Assembly: GCA_963793305.1 (NCBI GenBank)
Contig: CAWBZV010000003.1
Coordinates: 1,216,001 to 1,280,000 of the forward strand
Origin: an uncultured Gemmatimonadales bacterium
GTDB taxonomy: Bacteria; Gemmatimonadota; Gemmatimonadetes; Gemmatimonadales; Gemmatimonadaceae
Direction of reading: 5' to 3'
DNA: 64,000 nucleotides
The notes under the pieces are model-generated. The model was given only the letters and a program-made list of their open reading frames with translations. It made no database searches and had not been told where the DNA came from. Numbering within the stretch: position 1 is the stretch's first letter; each line of letters begins with the position of its first letter. The translations under genes were made by a program, and so were the position numbers. Positions 39,618-49,487 of the stretch are shown piece after piece.

Positions 39618-42179
39618 ATGTCGCTGGCCACTCGCCCTCGGAGCATCCTGGTCGACTGCGCCGCCGCACGACAGCCCGATGTCGTGCGGCAGCTCGAGAC
39701 CAGCACGAGTGGCCTGACCAGCGAAGAGGCCGCGCGGCGGTTGGAGGCCGAGGGCCCGAACGAGATCGCGACGCACAAGGAGCCGAGTTGGCCGATTCGG
39801 CTCGCGCACACATTCCGCAACCCGCTCGTCGTATTGCTCGCCGTACTGGCGCTGACGTTAGCGCTCACGGGCGACTCGCGAGCCGCGGTCGTGATGGTCC
39901 TCATGATCTTCTTGGGCGTAGGACTGCGGTTTGCCCAAGAGACGAGGGCTGGAGCAGCAGCGGCCAAGCTCCGCGCGATGGTCCGCGTGACCAGCACGGT
40001 CATTCGCGATGGAATCCCGAGCGAGATCCCACTGCGCGAGGTCGTGCGCGGCGACCTGATCTCGCTCTGCGCCGGCGACATGATCCCGGCCGACGCCCGG
40101 ATCGTCTCGGCCAAGGATCTTTTTATCAACCAGGCGAGCCTCACGGGCGAATCCATGCCGGTCGAGAAGACCGACCAGGCAGTCTCGCCCGACGGCCATT
40201 CGCCACTCGATCTCCTGAATCTCTGCTTCCTCGGCACCAGCGTCCAAAGCGGCACGGCAACGGCGATCGCCGTCGCCACCGGCCCTTCGACCTACTTCGG
40301 CGGGATGGCGAAGAGCATTACCGCCGCGCCAATCCAGACCGCGTTCGACAAGGGGATCAATCGCTTCACCTGGCTCATGATCCGGTTCATGGCGGTGATG
40401 GTGCCGCTCGTGTTCTTGATCAATGGCCTCACCAAGCACGACTGGAAAGAGGCCTTTTTCTTTGCCCTCGCCGTCGCCGTCGGCCTGACCCCCGAGATGC
40501 TGCCGATGATCGTCTCGGTCTGCCTCTCGCGCGGCGCCGTCGCGATGTCGAAGGAGCGCGTGATCGTCAAACGGTTGAACGCGATCCAGAACTTCGGCGC
40601 CATGGATGTGCTGTGCACGGATAAGACCGGCACGCTCACCCAGGACGACGTCCTGCTGGAGATGCACTGCGACGTCACGGGCATCGAGAGCCACGACGTG
40701 CTCTTCGATGCGGCGCTCGTCAGTCATTTCCAGACTGGCCTCAAGAACGTCCTCGACCGTGCTATTCTGACTTTTGTCACAAAACTGGGGTCGATTTCGT
40801 TCGATTCGTACCGGAAAATCGACGAGGTTCCGTTCGACTTCACGCGCAAGATGATGTCGGTCGTCGTCGCGGGCCCCGACAACCGGAAGCGCCTCATCGC
40901 CAAGGGCGCACCCGAGGAAATTTTTCGCCGCTGCACCCAATTCTACGCCGCGGGCGAAGTGCTACCGATCGAGGTGGCGTTCCTGGACGAGCTCCAGGAG
41001 GAGTACGATCGGCTGAGCGCCGATGGCTTTCGTGTGCTGGCCGTGGCGTATCGTGATGTCCCCGAGCGTGGAGCGTACGGGAGAGACGACGAGTGTCAGC
41101 TGACGCTCGCCGGCTACGTGGCATTTCTGGATCCGCCGAAAGAGACCGCCGAACCCGCGCTCGAAGCACTGAAAAAACACGGCGTCGCGGTCAAAGTGCT
41201 GACGGGCGACAACGAGCTCGTGACGCGCAAAATCTGTCAGCACGTGGGCCTCACGACGGATACCGTCGTTCTCGGTCGCGATATCGAAACGATGTCGGAA
41301 GACCAACTGGCTGACGTGGCCGAAAAAACCACGATCTTCGCCCGCCTCTCGCCGTCACACAAGCAGCGCCTGATCCAAGCACTCCAAAAACGCAAACATG
41401 TCGTCGGATTTCTCGGCGACGGCATCAACGACGCGGCCGCCCTTCACGCCGCGGACGTGGGCATCTCGGTCGACACCGCGGTCGATGTCGCGAAGGAATC
41501 AGCCGATATCATCCTGTTGGAGAAAAGCCTGCTCGTGCTGGAGGCCGGGGTCCTGGAAGGACGGAAAGTGTTTTCGAACATCGTCAAATATGTTCGCATG
41601 GGCGCCAGCTCCAATTTCGGCAACATGTTCAGCGTCCTCGGCGCCAGCGCGCTGCTGCCATTCGTGCCGATGGCGCCGATTCAGGTGCTGACGAATAACC
41701 TCCTGTACGACTTCTCACAGGTCCCGATCCCAACGGACAACGTCGACGAGGAACAGATCGCCCGCCCGCGTCCGTGGGACATGGGAGAGATCAGTCGTTT
41801 TATTCTGTTCATCGGTCCGATCAGCTCGATCTTCGACTACACGACGTACGCCGTCATGTGGTTTATATTCCGGGCGCACGCCGCGCTCTTTCAGACGGGA
41901 TGGTTCGTCGAATCACTCATGACCCAAACGCTGATCATTCACGTGATTCGCACCAACCGGATCCCGTTCGTCCAGAGCCGTGCCAGTACGCCGCTGATCG
42001 CGACCACGATCGCGATCATGATCGTCGGCGTGTTGCTCCCGATCTCGCCGGTCGCGCCGTACCTCGGCTTTGTCCCGCTGCCGGGACTCTACTGGCCGAT
42101 CCTGGTGCTGACGCTCCTCTTCTACATGGCCCTCACGCAACTCGCGAAAGTCGCCCTTCGCCGCCGCGGATGGATCTAA
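39618..42179 (+). CDS. mgtA: Magnesium-translocating P-type ATPase
   Basis: TGES, GLTPEMLPMI, CTDKTGTLT, KGAPE, GDGIND, SSNFGNMFS, NNLLYD, FQTGWFVES. Confidence 0.95.
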   Translation: MSLATRPRSILVDCAAARQPDVVRQLETSTSGLTSEEAARRLEAEGPNEIATHKEPSWPIRLAHTFRNPLVVLLAVLALTLALTGDSRAAVVMVLMIFLGVGLRFAQETRAGAAAAKLRAMVRVTSTVIRDGIPSEIPLREVVRGDLISLCAGDMIPADARIVSAKDLFINQASLTGESMPVEKTDQAVSPDGHSPLDLLNLCFLGTSVQSGTATAIAVATGPSTYFGGMAKSITAAPIQTAFDKGINRFTWLMIRFMAVMVPLVFLINGLTKHDWKEAFFFALAVAVGLTPEMLPMIVSVCLSRGAVAMSKERVIVKRLNAIQNFGAMDVLCTDKTGTLTQDDVLLEMHCDVTGIESHDVLFDAALVSHFQTGLKNVLDRAILTFVTKLGSISFDSYRKIDEVPFDFTRKMMSVVVAGPDNRKRLIAKGAPEEIFRRCTQFYAAGEVLPIEVAFLDELQEEYDRLSADGFRVLAVAYRDVPERGAYGRDDECQLTLAGYVAFLDPPKETAEPALEALKKHGVAVKVLTGDNELVTRKICQHVGLTTDTVVLGRDIETMSEDQLADVAEKTTIFARLSPSHKQRLIQALQKRKHVVGFLGDGINDAAALHAADVGISVDTAVDVAKESADIILLEKSLLVLEAGVLEGRKVFSNIVKYVRMGASSNFGNMFSVLGASALLPFVPMAPIQVLTNNLLYDFSQVPIPTDNVDEEQIARPRPWDMGEISRFILFIGPISSIFDYTTYAVMWFIFRAHAALFQTGWFVESLMTQTLIIHVIRTNRIPFVQSRASTPLIATTIAIMIVGVLLPISPVAPYLGFVPLPGLYWPILVLTLLFYMALTQLAKVALRRRGWI

Positions 42180-42180
42180 A

Positions 42181-43545
42181 TTGAACGTCGAATTCTCCGG
42201 AGCCGCCCGTGAAGTCACCGGCTCCTGTCACATCGTGCGCGCCGCGGGGCGCACGATCCTGCTCGACTGCGGGATGTTCCAGGGACACCGCCTCGAGGCA
42301 GACGCCAAGAATCACAAGCTCCCGCTGCCCGTGCGTGAGATCGACGCGGTCGTCGTCTCGCACGCGCACCAGGATCATACGGGCCGGCTGCCGTATCTGG
42401 TACACAACGGCTACGCCGGCCCGATTTTCACCACCCCCGCCACGCGCGACCTGTCGACGTATCTCTTGGCCGACAGCGCGAAGATCCAAGAGCAGGACGC
42501 GGCGCATCTCCAACACCAAGGCAAGACCGCGGTCGAGCCGCTGTACAATGCCGATGATGCCAAGCGCGTGATCGACAAGATGCAGACGCGCGACCTCGAT
42601 CAGTGGTTCGACGTGGTCCCGGGCATTCGCGCGAAATACACGGAAGCCGGCCACATATTGGGCTCGGCCTCGATCACCATCGAAGCTGACGGTCAGCGCC
42701 TGCTATTCTCGGGCGATGTCGGCCGCTGGGGCCTCGCGATCATTCGTGACCCGCAACCGCCGACCGACGACGTCAATCTCGTGATCATGGAGTCGACCTA
42801 CGGCAATCGCGATCACGACAGTGTGGCGCACGCCCAAGAGCGCTTGGGCCAGATCGTCGCCGCCACCGCCAAGCGGGGCGGCCGCGTGATGATCCCGGCC
42901 TTCGCCCTCGGCCGAGCCCAGGAGATTATCTACGATCTGCACGAGCTCACGCTGGCGAACAAGATTCCGCACATCCCGATCGTGATCGACAGTCCGCTCG
43001 CGAGCCACCTCACGACGGTCTTCGAGAAGCATCCCGAGCTCTATGACAAGAGCGAGAAGATGGTGCAAGATGGCCAGGATCTCTTCCGCTTCGATGGCTT
43101 GCGTTTTACCGACAGCGTCGAAGAGTCGAAGAAGCTCAATACGCAAACCGTGCCCTGCGTTATCATCGCGGGCTCGGGGATGGCGGAATCAGGTCGCATT
43201 CTGCACCATCTCCTGCACGGCGCGTCCGATCCGCGCAACACGATCGTGATCGTCGGATTCCAGGCCGATGGCACCCTCGGCCGCCGGATCGTGGAGCGCC
43301 AGTCCACGCTCAAGATCTTCGACGACAGAGTTCCGTTGAGAGCCGAGGTCGAAGTGTTGAATGGCTATAGCGCCCACGCCGACCGCACGGAGTTGCAGCG
43401 CTGGCTCGAAGGCACCAAGACCAAGGCTCCGGTCTGCCTCGTCCACGGCGAGCCGGATGCCCAGACTGCACTGATCGGCCAGCTCTCGGCGCGCGGCTAC
43501 AAGGTGACCGCGCCGGCTCCTGGGGACAAAGTCACTCTGACTTGA
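42181..43545 (+). CDS. MBL-fold beta-CASP ribonuclease-like protein (YSH1 family)
   Basis: GAAREVTGS, LDCGMFQG, SHAHQDHTG, AGHILGS, ESTYG, SAHAD, VHGE. TTG start. Confidence 0.92.
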   Translation: MNVEFSGAAREVTGSCHIVRAAGRTILLDCGMFQGHRLEADAKNHKLPLPVREIDAVVVSHAHQDHTGRLPYLVHNGYAGPIFTTPATRDLSTYLLADSAKIQEQDAAHLQHQGKTAVEPLYNADDAKRVIDKMQTRDLDQWFDVVPGIRAKYTEAGHILGSASITIEADGQRLLFSGDVGRWGLAIIRDPQPPTDDVNLVIMESTYGNRDHDSVAHAQERLGQIVAATAKRGGRVMIPAFALGRAQEIIYDLHELTLANKIPHIPIVIDSPLASHLTTVFEKHPELYDKSEKMVQDGQDLFRFDGLRFTDSVEESKKLNTQTVPCVIIAGSGMAESGRILHHLLHGASDPRNTIVIVGFQADGTLGRRIVERQSTLKIFDDRVPLRAEVEVLNGYSAHADRTELQRWLEGTKTKAPVCLVHGEPDAQTALIGQLSARGYKVTAPAPGDKVTLT

Positions 43546-45901
43546 TCGCCACGACCGGATCGATGTGACTGGCGCGCCACGCCGGGAGCCAGGTCGCCGC
43601 GAGCGTCGCGAGGCCCACGAGCACGCAGGTCACGCCGAGCGTGAGCAAGTCGGTGGTGCCCACGCCGAACAACAGTCCCTGAAGCAGTCTCGTGGCCGCC
43701 AGTGACCCAACGAGACCGATGACTACGCCGATGGTACCGATCGCGACGCCGTCCTTGATGACGAGCCCCAGCACCTGTTCCGCCCGCGCGCCAAGTGCCA
43801 TACGCACGCCGATCTCTCGCGTCCGCGCTCCCACTGAGTACGCGATCACGCCGTAGAGGCCGACGACGGCCATCGTGATGGCCACCGTCGCGAAGATCTC
43901 GAGCAGGAGCATCACGAAGCGCGACCGCGAGACGGCCTCGTCGGCCAGGTGGGCCATGGTGCTTGGATGGTACAGCGGGACATTGGGATCGAGCGCCTCG
44001 AGGGCCGCTCGCATCGGCGCGATCGACGGCGATGCCGTGGACGCAACGATGCTCCAGTAATCCACCGGAAACTGCGCGTGCGCGAGATAGATCATGGGTG
44101 GCACTGGTGTCGTGAGATCCGTCTGCTCGTGCGTGTTGCCCACGACTCCAACGATCGTGCCGCCGGCGCGATCACTGCCGATGCCGAGGTTCGTGCCGAC
44201 TGTGATGGAATGGCCGATAGGGCCCTTCCCGGGCGCGATGAGTTTCGCCGCGGCCTCGTTCACGACGGCTACGGGCTGCGTCTCCAATCGGTCCGCGTCG
44301 GTGAACCAGCGCCCGGACACGAGGGGGATGCCCATCGTCGCGAAATACCCAGGCGTCGCCACGCGCAGTTGCGTCGACAGACGGTCCTGTTCGTCCTCGG
44401 CCAGGTGGACGCCGTCGAGCGCGTATGCCGACATGCTGTAGCCATATCCGCTGAGCGGCAGCCCCGTTGTCGCACCGACGCTGCGCACCCCCGGAAGCGC
44501 GCGCAGATTATTCGTCAGCGCCACAAGCAATGCGGCGCGTTTCTCCCGCGACTCGTACCGCGCGTCCGGCAATGCCACGTCGAACGTCACGCGATTGTCC
44601 GTCTGAAACCCGAGATCGACCGACCGAAGCGCGGCGAAGGTCCGGAGCAAGAGGCCGGCGCTCGTCAACAAAACGACGGCGAGCGCCAACTCGGCGATCG
44701 CCAGCACGCGCTTGGCCCGTTGCACGTCGCGGCGCGGCTGGATCTGGAGCGTCGGCAGGAGCCCGGCGGCGAGCCCGGCGCCGAGGCTCAAGACGAGGGA
44801 GACGAGGAGCACGCGCGTGTCGAGGGTCGCGCCAGCGATGTTGCTCTTGTCGTCCGGCCGAATCGCGATGAGCGCTCGAACGCCCCACCCGGCGAGGCCC
44901 ACTCCCGCCGCACCGCCGAGCAGCGCGAGCAGCACGGCGTCGGCGATGGACGCCCGCATGAGATCACCGCGCGAGGCACCGAGCGCGGAGCGGATCGCCA
45001 TCTCGCGCTGCCTCGTCACGGCGCGAGCCAGGAGCAGGTTCGCGACGTTGGTACAGGCGATGAGGAGTACGACGCCGACCGCTGCCCACAGCACGAGGAG
45101 TGCGGGCCCCGTCGGGCCGACGATGTCCTGGCGGAGCGACACGACCTGGCCGCCGCGGTCCGTGTCCTTCGTCGGGAACGTCCGCGCGAGCCGCGTCCAG
45201 ATCGTCTGCATCTCCGCCCTCGCGCCGTCGAGCGTCGCGCCGGGACGGAGTCGGGCGATCACCGTCAGATAGTGCGCGCCGCGCTGCGTCGCGAGGTCAT
45301 GCGACGTGAACGGTTGTGGAGTCCAGAGCGCTTCGCCGGCGGGATAGTCGAAATTGGGCGGCATCACGCCAATGACCGTATAGGGTACGGCATCGAGCAG
45401 GATCGATCGACCGACGACTCCTGAGTCGGCGCCGAACCGCCGGCGCCAGAGACCATCCGAAAGCACGACGACGTGGACGCCGGGAACCTCGTCATCTGCG
45501 CTGAATGTGCGTCCCAACGTCGGCGTACGGCGAAGCACCCGGAAGAAGTCTTGCGTGACGCCCACCGCGTCCAGCTCCTCGGCGGGCCCGTTGCCGGTGA
45601 GTGCATACGAGCCCTCGGCGTACGCGCCCATCCCGTCGAACACCGTATTGTCCGCTCGCCAGTCGAAGAAGTCGGGTGGCGAGACGCTGGAATGGCCTTT
45701 CGTCGACGGACTGTAGACGCGGACGATGCGATCGGCCGTCGGATAAGGCAGTGGCTTGATGAGCGCGGCGTCGACCACGCTGAAGATCGATGTGTTCGCG
45801 CCGATGCCGAGCGCCAGAGTGGTCACGGCGACCAGCGCGAATCCCGGTGACCGAATGAGGCGCCGGATGCTCAGACGCAGGTCGTTCGCGAGCAGGCTCA
45901 T
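43532..45901 (-). CDS. Duplicated-domain (ADOP-type) ABC permease
   Basis: RSPGFALVAVTTLALGIGANTSIFSVV, LLIACTNVANLLLAR, REMAIRSALGA, REIGVRMALGA, PAWRASHIDP. Start is ATG 45901. Confidence 0.93.
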   Translation of the reverse strand: MSLLANDLRLSIRRLIRSPGFALVAVTTLALGIGANTSIFSVVDAALIKPLPYPTADRIVRVYSPSTKGHSSVSPPDFFDWRADNTVFDGMGAYAEGSYALTGNGPAEELDAVGVTQDFFRVLRRTPTLGRTFSADDEVPGVHVVVLSDGLWRRRFGADSGVVGRSILLDAVPYTVIGVMPPNFDYPAGEALWTPQPFTSHDLATQRGAHYLTVIARLRPGATLDGARAEMQTIWTRLARTFPTKDTDRGGQVVSLRQDIVGPTGPALLVLWAAVGVVLLIACTNVANLLLARAVTRQREMAIRSALGASRGDLMRASIADAVLLALLGGAAGVGLAGWGVRALIAIRPDDKSNIAGATLDTRVLLVSLVLSLGAGLAAGLLPTLQIQPRRDVQRAKRVLAIAELALAVVLLTSAGLLLRTFAALRSVDLGFQTDNRVTFDVALPDARYESREKRAALLVALTNNLRALPGVRSVGATTGLPLSGYGYSMSAYALDGVHLAEDEQDRLSTQLRVATPGYFATMGIPLVSGRWFTDADRLETQPVAVVNEAAAKLIAPGKGPIGHSITVGTNLGIGSDRAGGTIVGVVGNTHEQTDLTTPVPPMIYLAHAQFPVDYWSIVASTASPSIAPMRAALEALDPNVPLYHPSTMAHLADEAVSRSRFVMLLLEIFATVAITMAVVGLYGVIAYSVGARTREIGVRMALGARAEQVLGLVIKDGVAIGTIGVVIGLVGSLAATRLLQGLLFGVGTTDLLTLGVTCVLVGLATLAATWLPAWRASHIDPVVAIKSE

Positions 45902-45914
45902 GCCAGTCGGTACT

Positions 45915-45930
45915 GACAAGCGCCGTGCCA
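45915..45930 (-). promoter_or_regulatory. Sigma54-type promoter candidate (TGGCACG-gcgc-TTGTC)
   Basis: Perfect -24 element and one mismatch at -12; ends 13 nt before ATG 45901. Confidence 0.5.
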
Positions 45931-46017
45931 TTCGTATCGCATTGTGCCGTAACGCCTTGGCATTGCGGGTCGTTCGTGTGCGGGAACCCGAGTCCCGAAC
46001 GCGGACATATTTCGGGC

Positions 46018-46500
46018 ATGACGACAGATAGCCAGCTAAGAGCCCACCTGCACGAGTTGATCCGTGGCGGGCACGCACACGTGACGTTCGACGATGCCGT
46101 CGCCGGGTTGCCCGCGTCTCTCCGCGGCACGCGACCAGAGTCGCTCCCGTACTCGCCCTGGGAGCTGGTCGAGCACATCAGGATCGCGCAGCGCGATATC
46201 CTGGACTACGCCATTGCCCGGAGTAAGGCCGACTACAAAGAGCTCCCATGGCCCAAGGGCTATTGGCCCGAGACTCCGGCGCCGTCGAGCGCAAAAGCGT
46301 GGGATGACTCGATTGCCGCCGTCCGCGCGGACCGCGAAGAGATGGAGAGCCTGGTGAAAGACGGTGATCTATTCGCCAAGCTCCCGGCCGCGACCGAGGG
46401 CCACACGCTCTTGCGACAGGCTCTCTTGCTCGCCGACCACAATGCCTATCACATCGGCGAGCTGGTCGCGGTCCGCAGATTATTGGGTGCCTGGCGTTAG
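46018..46500 (+). CDS. DinB family protein
   Basis: GGHAH, YSPWELVEHIRIAQRDIL, WP..YWP, DHNAYHIGE. Confidence 0.88.
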   Translation: MTTDSQLRAHLHELIRGGHAHVTFDDAVAGLPASLRGTRPESLPYSPWELVEHIRIAQRDILDYAIARSKADYKELPWPKGYWPETPAPSSAKAWDDSIAAVRADREEMESLVKDGDLFAKLPAATEGHTLLRQALLLADHNAYHIGELVAVRRLLGAWR

Positions 46501-47441
46501 GGCGCCAATACCACGGCCGTTAGGACCCAAGCCTTACGGTCCGTGGGAGTTTGGTCATAGTAGAAGCCATACACTTTGTGCGTTTTGGGATCGACGGCCA
46601 CCGATCGCGCCCCGCCCCCGGTCTTGATCGTGCCGAGGACGCTGTACGTATCCGGCGAGTCCTCGTGCACGATCACGAGCGTCGAGTCGTTTCGATTGGC
46701 GTTGAACGCAATCTGCGTTTTCTCGTCAAAGGCATCTTCGTCCGCGTGCCCCGCCACGGGAATGCGTTGCACGACGGTCCCCTTGCGAGCATCGACAATC
46801 ACGAACTCTTTGTCGCAGCCCAGGAAGAGCCGGTCATGCGCGAGGTCGTACGACAGCCCTTGCGCGGCTTTGCAGTCGGGAATCGGATACCGCTCGACGA
46901 CCTTGAGTGATCGGGCGTCGACCTTCGTCACGATCGACGAATCTTCGCGATTGATGTAGAGCATGCCTTTGCCGTCCGCGACCCCGGACTCGAGGGCATT
47001 GGCGAAGTGCTCGCGGCCGACGACCTGGCCGGTCTTCATGTCGACGACCGTGACGGTATCGAGCAGCATGAACGCGCGATGCGTCGCGGGATCGTAGAGC
47101 ATGGCGTCGCCTCTGCCGGCGACCGTTCCGAGGACCTTGCCGGTCGAGATCTCGAACCAGGTGCCATTTCTCGCGAGACCGCGATCGAGATCCGGCGCGA
47201 GGGCATAGCCACCGGCGGATTTCCCGGGGATCGAATCGACGACTTGATCCTTGTCGATGTCGATGACGGTATTCCCGAGACCATACAGTCGACGGTGCTC
47301 GGGATCGAGCGCGATGAAGTCGGCGGTGTAGCCAGAGCCGACGGGACCAACGGCGATGCGGCTGACGACGTGATAGTTCGGGCTCTGCGCCGCGGCCGTC
47401 GCGGCGAGGCAGAGGGCGGCGGAGATCGGGAGTCGTTTCAT
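46497..47441 (-). CDS. Secreted YncE-like beta-propeller protein
   Basis: Signal peptide and repeated propeller blades (LDPEHRRLY, YDPATHRAF, YDLAHDRLF, VDPKTHKVY). Confidence 0.82.
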   Translation of the reverse strand: MKRLPISAALCLAATAAAQSPNYHVVSRIAVGPVGSGYTADFIALDPEHRRLYGLGNTVIDIDKDQVVDSIPGKSAGGYALAPDLDRGLARNGTWFEISTGKVLGTVAGRGDAMLYDPATHRAFMLLDTVTVVDMKTGQVVGREHFANALESGVADGKGMLYINREDSSIVTKVDARSLKVVERYPIPDCKAAQGLSYDLAHDRLFLGCDKEFVIVDARKGTVVQRIPVAGHADEDAFDEKTQIAFNANRNDSTLVIVHEDSPDTYSVLGTIKTGGGARSVAVDPKTHKVYGFYYDQTPTDRKAWVLTAVVLAP

Positions 47442-47484
47442 GCCCAACAACCTGTCATCCCCCAGCCACCAATCGGGAGAGACG

Positions 47485-47943
47485 CTACGCGCTGAATTGT
47501 CTCAAATGATGATCGGTGTGGAGATACGCCCAGCGCTTCCACTCCAACTCGTTCATGGCGCCGAAGAGGGGATGCCGTGGCCACGGCAGGTTTCCATCTC
47601 GCGCGCCGAACTCTTCGACGCGCAGTACCAACTTCGCCACGTCAGACACGAACTCACCGGGCCGTCCGCCCTTGCGCCGGACATCCATCTCCGGCCGGGT
47701 CTTCACGCCGGGCGGCCAACGCATCGGCGCGTAGAGCGCGATGGGCTTGATCAGTGTCCGTCCGAGAAAGCTCTCCGCGGATGACACCGTTCGCAGACCG
47801 AGACCGGTCTCGAGGCAGATCAGGCAATGCGTGATCATCTCGGGTGCGGTCATGACGCCGAATCGCGCGACGCTGTCCGGGCGCACTGCGTGCACCCGCG
47901 CGATGATCTCCGCGCGGGTCTCGCTCTGGGACAGTGATTTCAC
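47485..47943 (-). CDS. DUF1569-like (DinB superfamily) protein
   Basis: FGVMTAPEMITHC, HPLFGAM...W....YLHTDHHLRQF. Confidence 0.85.
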   Translation of the reverse strand: MKSLSQSETRAEIIARVHAVRPDSVARFGVMTAPEMITHCLICLETGLGLRTVSSAESFLGRTLIKPIALYAPMRWPPGVKTRPEMDVRRKGGRPGEFVSDVAKLVLRVEEFGARDGNLPWPRHPLFGAMNELEWKRWAYLHTDHHLRQFSA

Positions 47944-48765
47944 TTAAGATCCGAGTCCGAACAGCACGTGCGGTGATCCACGGTGACCAGCAACCGCGGT
48001 CACCCAGGGGCGCAGCTTTGGCAGTCGCAACGGCTGATTCGCGAACGCCGCGAACGTGTCGTGTGCGGCCGCGTGCAGCAGCACCGCTTCCAACGCCTCG
48101 CCGGCCGCGACCCAATGCGCCGCGTCATCGCCGTAGGTTCCAAGGAGCATCAAAACTGGCGCTTGCCTCACCATTCGCCGCACGGATGCGGCTTCGCTGA
48201 GCGTCGTGCCGTGCCAGTCGTCGCACGCGGGGAAGTCACCAGCACCGGCCGCCCCGACGTGCGCCTCGAACACCAAATCCGCGATCGCTTCCCGATCCGC
48301 CGCTGACGTGATCGGGTGCAGCCATGCGCCGTACACCTGGGCCTCGGTGCGGCACTCGTCGACCAGTCGGTCGGTGATCGTGCCGCCGAGCGATCCATGA
48401 ACCGTGTGCCGGCGATCGATTGCATAGAACATCTCGCGATCGCGCGGCGTCTCGTGCGCGTGCCGGCCGGCCCTGATGCGCGCCACGATCGAGGGGTTTC
48501 GAGGGTCTGGGAGTAACTGGACATCATCCCGGCGACCGAAGTGTCGCAGCGCGATGCGCATGTTGAGCAACGCCGCGCCGCATGACACGATGACTTCGCG
48601 GAGCGCGGCTTCGCCCTGCGCTGGCGCTCGGCCGGCGTCGGCGACCAACTCGAGCTCGTCACCATCTCGGTGAAAATCCCACGGGCGGACATTACAGGGC
48701 GACGGCGCCCGACTCCCATACAACGTCAGGAGATCCAATTCGTGCGCGCTATGGTGAGTTTGCAT
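47944..48765 (-). CDS. Acg-family nitroreductase-like FMN-binding protein (shortened)
   Basis: RAPSPCNVRPW, SCGAALLN, IDRRHT, WVAAGEALE, NQP. GGAGGAGG precedes ATG 48765. Confidence 0.8.
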   Translation of the reverse strand: MQTHHSAHELDLLTLYGSRAPSPCNVRPWDFHRDGDELELVADAGRAPAQGEAALREVIVSCGAALLNMRIALRHFGRRDDVQLLPDPRNPSIVARIRAGRHAHETPRDREMFYAIDRRHTVHGSLGGTITDRLVDECRTEAQVYGAWLHPITSAADREAIADLVFEAHVGAAGAGDFPACDDWHGTTLSEAASVRRMVRQAPVLMLLGTYGDDAAHWVAAGEALEAVLLHAAAHDTFAAFANQPLRLPKLRPWVTAVAGHRGSPHVLFGLGS

Positions 48766-49459
48766 CAGTTCGTTCCTCCTCCATGGGACCGGTATCCTCT
48801 TCCCGCGTATTGCGGTCCCGGGCCCACAAATCGAACGCATCCATTGGGCCAACGGGTGTGATCTGATATCCGGTCGTGCTATCTCCTCGTATGTACACCA
48901 TCTGACCAGAATCGACTGGGAACGTTCGACCCGCGGCGGCGACCTGCGCATGGCCCGACCAGGTCACGAGCCGCGTCGTGTCCCCATTACTCGATACGTC
49001 GATCCGGTACTCGCCGTTCTGCTCGAGGAAAATCGCGGCGTTCGGCGCATCGACTTCGTGTGACTTCGCGGTATCGATGTCGCGGACCCGGTAGTCGATG
49101 GACCCTTGTGGCAGCAGCAGTTGCAGCACGTTGAGCTCGACCCGCACGAGATGGAGCTCCGTCTCGCTCGCCAGACGCACGGCAGTCGAACCGAACTCGA
49201 CTTCGAGATGGCCGACCGAGTCGACCCACAACCGGTCGCCCGAACCCAGGACAACATTCGTGTCCGGAATGGCCCAGGTATCGCCGGCCACCTGCCGGAT
49301 GGAGACGGAGCCCTCGATGAGACTGAGCTCGCCCGTCGGGCTCTCGGTCGTGGCAGGGGGGGTGGAGTCCTCCGGGGGATCGTTCGTCTGCTGGCCGACA
49401 TAGAAGCAGCCCGCGAGCTCCGCGAGACCCGCCAGCGCAACCAACCCCAGACGCCTCAT
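48749..49459 (-). CDS. FecR-like domain lipoprotein (resembles the N-part of DUF6600 proteins)
   Basis: LAGC lipobox, LSLIEGSVS, GDRLWV, EVDAPNAA, GEYRIDV, DAFDLWARDR. Confidence 0.7.
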   Translation of the reverse strand: MRRLGLVALAGLAELAGCFYVGQQTNDPPEDSTPPATTESPTGELSLIEGSVSIRQVAGDTWAIPDTNVVLGSGDRLWVDSVGHLEVEFGSTAVRLASETELHLVRVELNVLQLLLPQGSIDYRVRDIDTAKSHEVDAPNAAIFLEQNGEYRIDVSSNGDTTRLVTWSGHAQVAAAGRTFPVDSGQMVYIRGDSTTGYQITPVGPMDAFDLWARDRNTREEDTGPMEEERTDANSP

Positions 49460-49487
49460 AGATAGAATTTACACTGTAGTTTTGGCC

